64,000 bases of DNA from a virus (lineage: Duplodnaviria; Heunggongvirae; Uroviricota; Caudoviricetes): positions 2,948-66,947 of the IMG/VR virus record IMGVR_UViG_3300021979_000001, one strand, 5' to 3'. Shown here piece by piece: positions 1 to 8,813 of the stretch; within the stretch, counting starts at the first letter, position 1, and the number at the start of each line of letters is the position of its first letter. The notes under the pieces were generated by a model. It had not been told where the DNA came from, did no database searches, and saw only the letters and a list, made by a program, of their open reading frames with translations. The position numbers were made by a program, and so were the translations under genes.

Positions 1-47
1 ATAATATAAATTATAAATTGCAATCATAATTGGTAACAGTTTGTTCG

Positions 48-308
48 TTAATTATAATAACCATCCCCTTCCCCAAAACCATAACCGTGCCCATCCCCAA
101 TACCAGTGCCAATACCAGTGCCAATACCAATATCAATAATAAAACCATGACCATGACCATGACCAAAACCATAACCATGACCATCACTATGACCATCACT
201 ATGCCCATTCCCATGCCCCGAATCATCCGAAAAACCATGACCAAACCCATATGTCTCGTTATTGGTTATTAATGGTATTGAATAATATAAATTATAAGTT
301 GCAACCAT
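48..308 (-). CDS. Gly-X repeat small protein, subfamily A
   Basis: N-term MVATYNLYYSIPLITNNETYGFG; core with HG/DG/YG dipeptides and a (GIGT)3 block; AAAGG 9 nt upstream of ATG. Confidence 0.6.
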   Translation of the reverse strand: MVATYNLYYSIPLITNNETYGFGHGFSDDSGHGNGHSDGHSDGHGYGFGHGHGHGFIIDIGIGTGIGTGIGDGHGYGFGEGDGYYN

Positions 309-328
309 AATTGGTAACCTTTTGTTCG

Positions 329-547
329 TTAATTATAATAACCATCTTCATCTACATGACCAGACCCAAAACTAGAGCCAAGACCATATCCATGACCATA
401 ACCATCGCCAGGACCATCACCATTCCCCGAGCCATGACCAGACCCAAAACTAGAGCCATAATCATTACCAAAACCACGACCAAACCCATATGTCTCGTTA
501 TTGGTTATTAATGGTATTGAATAATATAAATTATAAGTTGCGACCAT
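329..547 (-). CDS. Gly-X repeat small protein, subfamily A
   Basis: start moved to ATG at 545-547 (MVATYNLYYSIPLITNNETYGFG); the track ORF extends upstream through the alternative frame of the neighbouring copy. Confidence 0.55.
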   Translation of the reverse strand: MVATYNLYYSIPLITNNETYGFGRGFGNDYGSSFGSGHGSGNGDGPGDGYGHGYGLGSSFGSGHVDEDGYYN

Positions 548-575
548 AATTGGTAACCTTTTGTCCTTTTGTCCT

Positions 576-809
576 TTAATCATAACCGTGTCCATAGCCA
601 TGACCATTTCCATTCCCAATCCCATTCCCACTCCCAAGCCCATACCCAAAACCATAACCATCGCTATCCCCATAGCCTTCGCCATAACCATTCCCATGAT
701 TTGAGCCATAACCAGAACCAGAACCAGACACCGTTCCACAATCATACCCATATGTCTCGTCATTGGTTATTAATGGCATCAAATAATATAAATTATATAT
801 TGTAACCAT
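576..809 (-). CDS. Gly-X repeat small protein, subfamily A
   Basis: N-term MVTIYNLYYLMPLITNDETYGYD; GYG/NG/SG core. Confidence 0.6.
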   Translation of the reverse strand: MVTIYNLYYLMPLITNDETYGYDCGTVSGSGSGYGSNHGNGYGEGYGDSDGYGFGYGLGSGNGIGNGNGHGYGHGYD

Positions 810-829
810 AACGGGTAACCTTTCTTTCT

Positions 830-1010
830 TTAACCATAGCCATCCCCATAATCAAACCCACGATCATACTCATGACACGACCTGGCCCGTCCCAAAACTA
901 GAGCCATATTCATTACCATGACCCGAACCATAACCATCATTAGGTGACGCATATTTAATATAATTTAATTTTATTTTATTTTATTTTATTTTATGTATAT
1001 ATTCATGATA
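830..1010 (-). pseudogene. decayed array member (subfamily B-like), coordinates approximate
   Basis: minus strand reads ATG AAT ATA TAC ATA AAA TAA (MNIYIK-stop) followed by an (AAAAT)n tract; the Gly-X-like tail remains downstream. Confidence 0.4.
965..996. repeat. (ATTTT)n microsatellite inside decayed array copy
   Basis: ttttattttattttattttatt visible at 966-995. Confidence 0.8.
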
Positions 1011-1087
1011 TGTTGTTCGAGTAAAACCAGAATCACTTATATTATAACTCAACTATTACATTATTGGGTAAAATCGTCTCCATCGAT

Positions 1088-1315
1088 TTAACCAAAACCA
1101 TGACCATAACCAAAACCATTTCCGTAACCGTCACCAACCCCATCACCATAACCATCCCCATAACCATAACCGTCACCATCTCCCTGACTATCCCCATAAC
1201 TATTGCCATAACCAAAACCATAACCTTCGCCATCACCATCGCCAGGACCATCACCATACTCGTCGTCATTGGTTATTAATGGTATCGAATAATATAAATT
1301 ATAAATTGTAACCAT
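1088..1315 (-). CDS. Gly-X repeat small protein, subfamily A
   Basis: N-term MVTIYNLYYSIPLITNDDEYGDG. Confidence 0.6.
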   Translation of the reverse strand: MVTIYNLYYSIPLITNDDEYGDGPGDGDGEGYGFGYGNSYGDSQGDGDGYGYGDGYGDGVGDGYGNGFGYGHGFG

Positions 1316-1335
1316 AACTGGTAACCTTTTGTTCT

Positions 1336-1566
1336 TTAATAATAACCATCCTCTGATCCACCCCCAAGCCCATCTCCATCACTATCCCCATCCCCATACC
1401 CATAGCCATCTCCATCCCCATAACCATGACCATCGCCATCCCCATAACCATAACCATCCCCAGACCCATAACCCAACACCGTTCCACAATCATGCCCATG
1501 CGTCTCGTCATTGGTTATTAATGGTATCGACGAATATAAAATATAAATTATAACCATAACTGGCAA
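1336..1566 (-). CDS. Gly-X repeat small protein, subfamily A
   Basis: N-term MPVMVIIYILYSSIPLITNDETHGHD; core of (GYGDGD)n. Confidence 0.55.
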   Translation of the reverse strand: MPVMVIIYILYSSIPLITNDETHGHDCGTVLGYGSGDGYGYGDGDGHGYGDGDGYGYGDGDSDGDGLGGGSEDGYY

Positions 1567-1577
1567 TCGTTTATCCT

Positions 1578-1847
1578 TTAATCATAACCCGCGCCATTCC
1601 CATGACCATTACCAATACCATGCCCACCGCCATAGCCACCACGCCCATTCCCTAAACCATGCCCATCACTATCCCCATAGCCAAACCCATTCCCATAATA
1701 TGAGACATAACCAGAACCAAAACCATTTCCAGAACCAGAACCATCACCATTCCCAATACCATCACCATTCCCCAAGCCATCACTATCATCATCGCCATCA
1801 TTGTATGAACTGGAATTGATATAATTTAATTTTATGGATATATTCAT
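1578..1847 (-). CDS. Gly-X repeat small protein, subfamily B
   Basis: N-term MNISIKLNYINSSSYNDGDDDSDG. Confidence 0.6.
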   Translation of the reverse strand: MNISIKLNYINSSSYNDGDDDSDGLGNGDGIGNGDGSGSGNGFGSGYVSYYGNGFGYGDSDGHGLGNGRGGYGGGHGIGNGHGNGAGYD

Positions 1848-1878
1848 AATTCACGCACCTGGTGAAAAATAAGTTGAA

Positions 1879-2190
<312 letters not shown>

Positions 2191-2220
2191 TAGATGTCGC
2201 TCCGGTAAAAATAAGTTAAA

Positions 2221-2442
2221 TCATTTATAACCATAACCATAACCATCGCCAGAACCATCTCCATTCCTCTCCCCAGAACCATCACCATGACCATCACCAT
2301 AACCAATACCAGAACCATTCCCATAGCCATGACTATAACCAGTCCCATGCACCGAACCATCCGCAAAACCATGACCAAACCCATATGTCTCGTCATTGGT
2401 TATTAATGGTATCGAATAATATAAAATATAAATTGTAACCAT
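2221..2442 (-). CDS. Gly-X repeat small protein, subfamily A
   Basis: start moved to MVTIYILYYSIPLITNDETYGFG. Confidence 0.55.
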   Translation of the reverse strand: MVTIYILYYSIPLITNDETYGFGHGFADGSVHGTGYSHGYGNGSGIGYGDGHGDGSGERNGDGSGDGYGYGYK

Positions 2443-2469
2443 AACTGATAATCTTTCTTTTTTAATCAT

Positions 2470-2650
2470 AACAATCCCAGCCCCAAAACCATGACCGGAA
2501 CTATCATTATAAACAATACCGGAACCAGAATCATAATCATAATCATAATCACAACCAGAGCCATCATAGCGTGACCAGGATTTGATATAATTTAATTTTA
2601 TTTTATAGAGATAATCAGGATATGTTGCTCCGGTAAAAACTGAATAAATT
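2470..2650 (-). pseudogene. decayed array member (B-like remnant), coordinates approximate
   Basis: Gly-X-like sequence and the 'ttgatataatttaattttat' leader remnant are present but the start codon is lost (ataatc instead of atattcat); no ORF in the Gly frame. Confidence 0.35.
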
Positions 2651-2675
2651 ATATTATAATTTAATTATTGCTTTA

Positions 2676-2903
2676 TTAGTAAAACTCCGATCCAGAACCA
2701 TGGCCCTTTCCATATTTCTTACCATATCCAGAACCAGAACCATAATCATACCCACACCCTTCACCATCGGCAGAACCATCGCGATTGCCATCCCCAGTGC
2801 CATACTCATTCCCATTGCCATGTCCATAGCTATATCCATATCCATGAACGGTGTCATGATCAGATATATTGATGTAAAATGACTGGGTTATGGATGATTT
2901 CAT
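2676..2903 (-). CDS. Gly-X repeat small protein, subfamily E
   Basis: likely start MKSSITQSFYINISDHDTVHGYG; the track ORF reads in frame through the spacer up to 2960, where the next copy's stop lies. Confidence 0.5.
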   Translation of the reverse strand: MKSSITQSFYINISDHDTVHGYGYSYGHGNGNEYGTGDGNRDGSADGEGCGYDYGSGSGYGKKYGKGHGSGSEFY

Positions 2904-2959
2904 GAATGGGTCATACCTGTAAAATGAATTATTCATAATGTAATCCAATTGTTGCATCA

Positions 2960-3163
2960 TTAGCTATGATCACGGCCATAACCATGCCCATCCCCATAAC
3001 CATCACCATCAACATGACCACTCGCATAGCCACGACCATAACCAGAATCAAGACCATCACCATAACCGAAATCACGACCAGAACCAGAACCATTCCCATA
3101 GCCATATGTCTCGTGATTGGTTATTAATGGTATCACATAATATAACTCATATATTGTAACCAT
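2960..3163 (-). CDS. Gly-X repeat small protein, subfamily A
   Basis: N-term MVTIYELYYVIPLITNHETYGYG. Confidence 0.6.
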   Translation of the reverse strand: MVTIYELYYVIPLITNHETYGYGNGSGSGRDFGYGDGLDSGYGRGYASGHVDGDGYGDGHGYGRDHS

Positions 3164-3183
3164 AACGGATGATCTTTCTTTTT

Positions 3184-3417
3184 TTAATTATAGTCCGCGC
3201 CATTCTCATGACCATCACCGCAACCATCACCATAAATATGACCATAACCATGACCATAACCATATCCATGACCATCACCATGACCGAAACCACGACCAGA
3301 ACCAGAACCATTCCCATAGCCATATGTCTCGTGATTGGTTATTAATGGTATCACATAATATAACTCATATATTGTAACCATACCTGTAACCATACCTGTA
3401 ACCATACCTGTAACCAT
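3184..3417 (-). CDS. Gly-X repeat small protein, subfamily A, with tandemly repeated start region
   Basis: N-term (MVTG)x3 then MVTIYELYYVIPLITNHETYG; a 12-nt unit repeated 4 times creates alternative in-frame ATGs. Confidence 0.55.
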   Translation of the reverse strand: MVTGMVTGMVTGMVTIYELYYVIPLITNHETYGYGNGSGSGRGFGHGDGHGYGYGHGYGHIYGDGCGDGHENGADYN

Positions 3418-3420
3418 ACC
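3371..3420. repeat. 12-nt tandem repeat (accatacctgta)x4 at the 5' end of an array gene
   Basis: taccatacctgtaaccatacctgtaaccatacctgtaaccatacc. Confidence 0.8.
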
Positions 3421-3437
3421 TGGTAACCTTTTGTTCG

Positions 3438-3641
3438 TTAATCATAACCCGCGCCATAGCCATGACCATTTCCATTCCCAAGCCCATTACCACTCCCAAG
3501 CCCTTTTCCAAAACAATAACCATCACTATCCCCATAGCCATCCCCATGACCATTCCCATGATTTGAACCATTCCCATAGCCATATGTCTCGTGATTGGTT
3601 ATTAATTGTATCGAATAATATAATTTATAAATTGTAACCAT
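3438..3641 (-). CDS. Gly-X repeat small protein, subfamily A
   Basis: N-term MVTIYKLYYSIQLITNHETYGYG. Confidence 0.6.
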   Translation of the reverse strand: MVTIYKLYYSIQLITNHETYGYGNGSNHGNGHGDGYGDSDGYCFGKGLGSGNGLGNGNGHGYGAGYD

Positions 3642-3661
3642 AACTGGTAACCTTTTGTTTT

Positions 3662-3754
3662 TTAATCATAATCCGCGCCATGACCATTTCCATGGCCTGA
3701 ATTCTCATAGATTGCCCAGGATTTGATATAATTTAATTTTATGGATATATTCAT
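3662..3754 (-). CDS. truncated mini-member (30 aa), subfamily B
   Basis: my translation: MNISIKLNYIKSWAIYENSGHGNGHGADYD-stop; intact ATG and stop but a very short core. Confidence 0.3.
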   Translation of the reverse strand: MNISIKLNYIKSWAIYENSGHGNGHGADYD

Positions 3755-3810
3755 AATTCACGCACCGGTAAAAACTGAATCACTTATATTATAATTCAAT
3801 TATTGATTGA

Positions 3811-4068
3811 TTAGTAAAACTCCGATCCAGAACCATGACCCTTTCCATATTTCTTACCATATCCAGAACCAAAACCATGTCCATAACCACAACCCTTGTC
3901 GGAACCGGAACCATTGCCATCATCGTATCCATCCCCAAAACCAGAACCAAAACCATCGCCATGACCATAACCATTTCCAGAACCATAACTGGAACCATAA
4001 CCAGAACCATCAAGTCCATTTCCTGGAAGATCGGATTTGTGATAATGTAACGTTATGGATATATTCAT
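3811..4068 (-). CDS. Gly-X repeat small protein, subfamily B
   Basis: likely start MNISITLHYHKSDLPGNG (ATG at 4066-4068); the track extends upstream in frame. Confidence 0.55.
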   Translation of the reverse strand: MNISITLHYHKSDLPGNGLDGSGYGSSYGSGNGYGHGDGFGSGFGDGYDDGNGSGSDKGCGYGHGFGSGYGKKYGKGHGSGSEFY

Positions 4069-4127
4069 GGTATGCCACCCCCGGTAAAACAAAGTATTCA
4101 TATTATAATTCACGTATTGCATCATTA

Positions 4128-4280
4128 TTAAAAACCATGACCCTTGTCAGAACTATAACCACAGCCATTATAATATATGCCATCACCATAATCAGAACCC
4201 CTTCCCATTCCCGAACCATAATTAGAATCATGTTCGGTCAGATCAGGATTTAGTTGACTTAATTTTATGGATGTATTCAT
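4128..4280 (-). CDS. Gly-X repeat small protein, subfamily B (short)
   Basis: likely start MNTSIKLSQLNPDLTEHDSNYG. Confidence 0.5.
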   Translation of the reverse strand: MNTSIKLSQLNPDLTEHDSNYGSGMGRGSDYGDGIYYNGCGYSSDKGHGF

Positions 4281-4336
4281 AATTATTATCACACCAGATA
4301 AAAAATAAATCACTATACTATAATTCAATTATTACA

Positions 4337-4564
4337 TCATTTGCTATGGCTCGAACCATGACCATCCCCATCCCCATACCCAGCACCAGCACCAGCACCA
4401 TCGTCATGACCACTACCATTGCCATAACCATCACCATCCCCAGAACCATAACCAAAACCATAACCATTACCATAATGATAAGCAGAACTATAAGCAGAAC
4501 CATCACCATAAACATTATAGGTTTGATCAGGTTCTTGGAAATAGGTTTCAATTGATGTATTCAT
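4337..4564 (-). CDS. Gly-X repeat small protein, subfamily C
   Basis: N-term MNTSIETYFQEPDQTYNVYG; TATAAATA lies 26 nt upstream on the coding strand. Confidence 0.6.
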   Translation of the reverse strand: MNTSIETYFQEPDQTYNVYGDGSAYSSAYHYGNGYGFGYGSGDGDGYGNGSGHDDGAGAGAGYGDGDGHGSSHSK

Positions 4565-4603
4565 AAGTAGCACACCAGGTAAAAACGAATTATTTATATT
4601 ATA
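4565..4603 (-). promoter_or_regulatory. conserved array spacer with TATAATATAAATA element (contains T4 late-promoter-like TATAAATA)
   Basis: minus strand reads tgctataatataaataattcgtttttacctggtgtgctactt then ATG. Confidence 0.4.
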
Positions 4604-4606
4604 GCA

Positions 4607-4882
4607 TCATTTGCTATGGCTCGCACCATTACCAAAACCATAACATGCTCCATGACCACTACCATGACCACGACCATTGCCATAACCATGACCATTGCCA
4701 TAACCATAACCATGACCATAACCATCCCCACAACCAGAGCCATCCCTAGACCCATCCCCGTCGTCATCCCCATCCCCATCGCTATAACCCTCCCCATCGC
4801 CAGGACCAGAGCCATGACCAAAACCATAAATATTATCGGGTTGATCAGGTTCTTGGAAATAGGTTTCAATCGATGTATTCAT
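4607..4882 (-). CDS. Gly-X repeat small protein, subfamily C
   Basis: N-term MNTSIETYFQEPDQPDNIYGFG. Confidence 0.6.
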   Translation of the reverse strand: MNTSIETYFQEPDQPDNIYGFGHGSGPGDGEGYSDGDGDDDGDGSRDGSGCGDGYGHGYGYGNGHGYGNGRGHGSGHGACYGFGNGASHSK

Positions 4883-4924
4883 AAGTAGCACACCAGGTAA
4901 AAACGAATTATTTATATTATAGCA
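4883..4924 (-). promoter_or_regulatory. conserved array spacer with TATAATATAAATA element
   Basis: identical to the 4565-4603 spacer. Confidence 0.4.
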
Positions 4925-5182
4925 TCATTTGCTATGGCTCGCACCATTACCATCACCATCCCCATCACCATTCCCTCTACCATACTCAATACCAAAACCA
5001 GTCCCAAAACCATGACCATTGCCATAACCATCACCATAACCATCCCCATTACCAGCCCCATCACCATAACCATAACCATAACCATAACCCTCCCCATCGC
5101 CATGACCAGAACCATGTCCATAACCATAAATATTATCGGGTTGATCAGGTTCTTGGAAATATGTTTCAATTGATGTATTCAT
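4925..5182 (-). CDS. Gly-X repeat small protein, subfamily C
   Basis: N-term MNTSIETYFQEPDQPDNIYGYG. Confidence 0.6.
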   Translation of the reverse strand: MNTSIETYFQEPDQPDNIYGYGHGSGHGDGEGYGYGYGYGDGAGNGDGYGDGYGNGHGFGTGFGIEYGRGNGDGDGDGNGASHSK

Positions 5183-5234
5183 AGTAGCACACCAGGTAAA
5201 AATGAATTATTTGTATTATAATTCAAGTATTGCA

Positions 5235-5519
5235 TCATTTTCTAATACCACGATTGCTGCCATATCTTCTGCCATATCCAAACGTATTACTAACCCTAAA
5301 CCCATTACCATTGCCATAACCATCACCAAAACCATGACCATAACCATCTCCCTCCCCATCCCCATCGCCAGAACCATCGGCAGAACCATCGCGATTGCCA
5401 TCCCCATAGCCATCCCCAGAACCATCCCCAGAACCATCCCCAGAACCATCACCATACATAAAATCATCGTTCGTTAGATGGGAATTAACGCAATAATACA
5501 ATTCAATCGAAATATTCAT
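5235..5519 (-). CDS. Gly-X repeat small protein, subfamily D
   Basis: N-term MNISIELYYCVNSHLTNDDFMYG; core of (GDGSGD)n. Confidence 0.6.
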   Translation of the reverse strand: MNISIELYYCVNSHLTNDDFMYGDGSGDGSGDGSGDGYGDGNRDGSADGSGDGDGEGDGYGHGFGDGYGNGNGFRVSNTFGYGRRYGSNRGIRK

Positions 5520-5622
5520 AATTAGCACACCGAGTAAAAATAAGTTAAATCATTTCCAACCACTACCACGACCATGACTAGTAGCCAGAGTTAGAGTCAA
5601 ATCCATATCCATATCCATATCA

Positions 5623-5844
5623 CTATCCATCCCCATCCCCAAACCCATGCGCGGAACCATCCCTATAATCATACCCATAATCATACCCATAATCATACCC
5701 ATACCCAAAACCATACCCATACCCCTCACCATCGGCAGAACCATCGCGATTGCCATCCCCAGAGCCATAGTCATAGTCGTATCCATGATAGGTTTCAGGA
5801 ACATATATATTGATGTAAAACGACTGGTTTATGTATGGTTTCAT
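5623..5844 (-). CDS. Gly-X repeat small protein, subfamily E
   Basis: N-term MKPYINQSFYINIYVPETYHGYDYDYG. Confidence 0.6.
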   Translation of the reverse strand: MKPYINQSFYINIYVPETYHGYDYDYGSGDGNRDGSADGEGYGYGFGYGYDYGYDYGYDYRDGSAHGFGDGDG

Positions 5845-5898
5845 TAATAGGTTACACCTGTAAAAAATAAATCACTATACTATAATTAATTTATTGCA

Positions 5899-6147
5899 TC
5901 ATTTGTTATGGCTCTCACCATTACCAAATCCATAACATGTTCCATTCCCACTACCACGACCACGACCATTGCTATAACCATTACCATTGCCATAGCCATC
6001 ACCAAAACCATGACCATAATCATCTCCCTCCCCATCCCCATCGCCAGAACCATCCCCATCGCCAGGACCAGAGTCATGACCATACATAAAATCATCGTTC
6101 GTTAGATGGGAATTAACACAATAATACAATTCAATCGAAGTATTCAT
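5899..6147 (-). CDS. Gly-X repeat small protein, subfamily D
   Basis: N-term MNTSIELYYCVNSHLTNDDFMYG. Confidence 0.6.
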   Translation of the reverse strand: MNTSIELYYCVNSHLTNDDFMYGHDSGPGDGDGSGDGDGEGDDYGHGFGDGYGNGNGYSNGRGRGSGNGTCYGFGNGESHNK

Positions 6148-6177
6148 AATTCGCACACCGGGTAAAAATAAGTTAAA

Positions 6178-6417
6178 TTATCCACACCCATGACCACGAC
6201 CATGACTAGAGCCAGAGTCAGAGCCAAATCCAGAGCCATAGCTATGTCCAACACCAAATCCAAAACCAAACCCACCATGATAGTCAGAACCAGACCCATC
6301 CCCGGAACCATCCCCATCCCCATAACCATGACCATTCCCAGAGCCATATTCGTATCCATGATAGGTTTCAGGAGCATATATATTGATGTAAAATGACTGG
6401 TTTATGTATGGTTTCAT
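6178..6417 (-). CDS. Gly-X repeat small protein, subfamily E
   Basis: N-term MKPYINQSFYINIYAPETYHGYEYG. Confidence 0.6.
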   Translation of the reverse strand: MKPYINQSFYINIYAPETYHGYEYGSGNGHGYGDGDGSGDGSGSDYHGGFGFGFGVGHSYGSGFGSDSGSSHGRGHGCG

Positions 6418-6471
6418 TAATAGGTCACATCTGTAAAAAATAAATCACTATACTATAATTCAATTATTGCA

Positions 6472-6780
6472 TCATTTGCTAATACCACGATTGCTGCCAT
6501 ATCCAAAACCTGCTCCATTACCACTACCATGACCACGGCCATTATCATAACCACGGCCATTACCATAACCATGACCAGAACCAATCCCATTACCATCTCC
6601 ATTGCCACCACCATAACCATGCGCAGAACCATCACCATAATCATACCCATACCCCGAACCATCGGCAGAACCATCGCGATTGCCATCCCCAGAGCCATCC
6701 CCAGAACCATCACCATACATAAAATCATCGTTCGTTAGATGGGAATTAACGCAATAATACGGTTCAATCGAAGTATTCAT
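6472..6780 (-). CDS. Gly-X repeat small protein, subfamily D
   Basis: N-term MNTSIEPYYCVNSHLTNDDFMYG. Confidence 0.6.
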   Translation of the reverse strand: MNTSIEPYYCVNSHLTNDDFMYGDGSGDGSGDGNRDGSADGSGYGYDYGDGSAHGYGGGNGDGNGIGSGHGYGNGRGYDNGRGHGSGNGAGFGYGSNRGISK

Positions 6781-6810
6781 AATTAGCATACCGGGTAAAA
6801 ATAAGTTAAA

Positions 6811-7074
6811 TTATTCACACCCATGACCACGACCATAACCATAACCATAACTATCCTCAAACCCATTCCCATTCCCAAGCCCTCTCCCAAAACCATGACC
6901 TTCACCATTCCCCGAACCATACCCATTCCCAGAACCATCGCCATCGCCACCACTATGACCATCACCAGACCCATCCCCATAACCATGACCATCCCCAGAG
7001 CCATAGTCGTATCCATGATAGGTTTCAGGAATATATATATTGATGTAAAACGATTGGTTTATGTATGGTTTCAT
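6811..7074 (-). CDS. Gly-X repeat small protein, subfamily E
   Basis: N-term MKPYINQSFYINIYIPETYHGYDYG. Confidence 0.6.
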   Translation of the reverse strand: MKPYINQSFYINIYIPETYHGYDYGSGDGHGYGDGSGDGHSGGDGDGSGNGYGSGNGEGHGFGRGLGNGNGFEDSYGYGYGRGHGCE

Positions 7075-7127
7075 TAATAGGTTACACCTGTAAAAAATAA
7101 ATCACTTACTATAATTAATTTATTGCA

Positions 7128-7382
7128 TCATTTGTTATGGCTCGCACCATTACCAAATCCATAACATGCTCCATTACCACTACCACGACCACGACCATTG
7201 CTATAACCATCACCATCACCATCGCCATCACCAAACCCATGACCATAACCATCCCCAGAGCCATCCCCATCGCCAAAACCATCACCATACCCGTCATCAT
7301 CACCATAACCATGACCTGATGTATAATAGATTTCATGATCAGATGGATTGATACCAAAATACTGACTTATGTATGGTTTCAT
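7128..7382 (-). CDS. Gly-X repeat small protein, subfamily E variant
   Basis: N-term MKPYISQYFGINPSDHEIYYTSGHGYG; near-identical to the copy at 7437..7691. Confidence 0.6.
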   Translation of the reverse strand: MKPYISQYFGINPSDHEIYYTSGHGYGDDDGYGDGFGDGDGSGDGYGHGFGDGDGDGDGYSNGRGRGSGNGACYGFGNGASHNK

Positions 7383-7436
7383 TAATAGGTCACACATGTA
7401 AAAAATAAATCACTATACTATAATTCATTTATTGCA

Positions 7437-7691
7437 TCATTTGTTATGGCTCTCACCATTACCAAATCCATAACATGCTCCATTACCACTACCATGACTA
7501 CCACCAGAAACATAACCATAACCATGACCATAACCATCCCCACAACCAGAGCCATCCCTATCCCCATCCCCAAAACCATACCCATAACCATCACCATACC
7601 CGTCATCATCACCATAACCATGACCTGATGTATAATAGATTTCATGATCAGATGGATTGATACCAAAATACTGACTTATGTATGGTTTCAT
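7437..7691 (-). CDS. Gly-X repeat small protein, subfamily E variant
   Basis: N-term MKPYISQYFGINPSDHEIYYTSGHGYG. Confidence 0.6.
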   Translation of the reverse strand: MKPYISQYFGINPSDHEIYYTSGHGYGDDDGYGDGYGYGFGDGDRDGSGCGDGYGHGYGYVSGGSHGSGNGACYGFGNGESHNK

Positions 7692-7763
7692 TAATAGGTC
7701 ACTCATGTAAAAAATAAATCACTCATAATATTATTCAATTGTTGCGTTATTAATGAAAAATCA

Positions 7764-7883
7764 TCAATGACCCTTTCTATCCGCATCACCATAACCATTG
7801 CCATAGTTTGAGTCAAAACCAGAAACATTTTCAGATATATCATGATCATGGTAGTGGTAATACAATTCAATCGATATGTTCAT
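7764..7883 (-). CDS. truncated mini-member (39 aa), subfamily D-like
   Basis: my translation: MNISIELYYHYHDHDISENVSGFDSNYGNGYGDADRKGH-stop. Confidence 0.3.
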   Translation of the reverse strand: MNISIELYYHYHDHDISENVSGFDSNYGNGYGDADRKGH

Positions 7884-7943
7884 AATAGGCCACTGCCAAT
7901 AATATAATAAAATAAACCATTACTATTTCAATTGGTGGAACCA

Positions 7944-8144
7944 CTAACCTTCGCGACCATGACCTCTGCCTCGGCCCCTTCCAGTTTCATAACCAGGCCC
8001 ATCCCCGGAGCCAAGACCATACTCAAATCCAAGCCAGTTACCATCACCATCGCCATAACCATTGCCCTGCTCGCCACCACTCACGAAATCCACGTTCGTT
8101 AGATGGGAATTAACGCAATAATACAATTCAATTGATGTATTCAT
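7944..8144 (-). CDS. Gly-X repeat small protein, subfamily D
   Basis: N-term MNTSIELYYCVNSHLTNVDFVSGGEQG. Confidence 0.55.
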   Translation of the reverse strand: MNTSIELYYCVNSHLTNVDFVSGGEQGNGYGDGDGNWLGFEYGLGSGDGPGYETGRGRGRGHGREG

Positions 8145-8201
8145 AATTAACACACCAGGTAAAAAACAAAGTATTCATCTTATAATTCAATTATTGCCTC
8201 A

Positions 8202-8459
8202 TTAACCATACCCGGAGCCATTTACATACCCATCCCCATATCCCTCGCCAATCCCAAATCCACCCCCCGCACCATCCCCTTCCAAATAGCCGTTTCCATA
8301 ACCGTAACCATAGCCATCGTCATACCTAATAATACCTGAACCATTACCAGAACCATCACCATAACCAGCCTCATAACCATACGTAAAACCGAAACCGGAA
8401 TCATAATCATATTTGTGACAATCTGTTTCGTGATAATTTAATTTTATAGATGAACTCAT
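8202..8459 (-). CDS. Gly-X repeat small protein (B-like, divergent)
   Basis: likely start MSSSIKLNYHETDCHKYDYDSGFG. Confidence 0.5.
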   Translation of the reverse strand: MSSSIKLNYHETDCHKYDYDSGFGFTYGYEAGYGDGSGNGSGIIRYDDGYGYGYGNGYLEGDGAGGGFGIGEGYGDGYVNGSGYG

Positions 8460-8520
8460 GATAGGACATACATGCAAAAATAAACCATTACTAATTCAAT
8501 TGTTGTGCTATTAACTACGA

Positions 8521-8763
8521 TCATGCACCCCCCTGACTATATCCATCGCCATACCCATAACCAAAAACTTTACCATCATTATCCCCATACCCATTACCAT
8601 AGCCAGAGCCATCCGCATCATCATCATCATCATTGGTAATATACCAAGCATTATTAATATTATATCCCGAACCATGACCATAACCAAAACCATCCCCTTC
8701 TATATAACCAGTTTTATTATTTTCAGATTCGATATAAAAAGATTGTTTTATCGATACTGGCAT
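8521..8763 (-). CDS. Gly-X repeat small protein (E-like, divergent)
   Basis: likely start MPVSIKQSFYIESENNKTGYIEGDG; internal DDDDD run. Confidence 0.5.
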   Translation of the reverse strand: MPVSIKQSFYIESENNKTGYIEGDGFGYGHGSGYNINNAWYITNDDDDDADGSGYGNGYGDNDGKVFGYGYGDGYSQGGA

Positions 8764-8813
8764 GCTAAATCCCATCAAGTAATAAAAAAGGTGTTACGTA
8801 ACTACGATTATAT

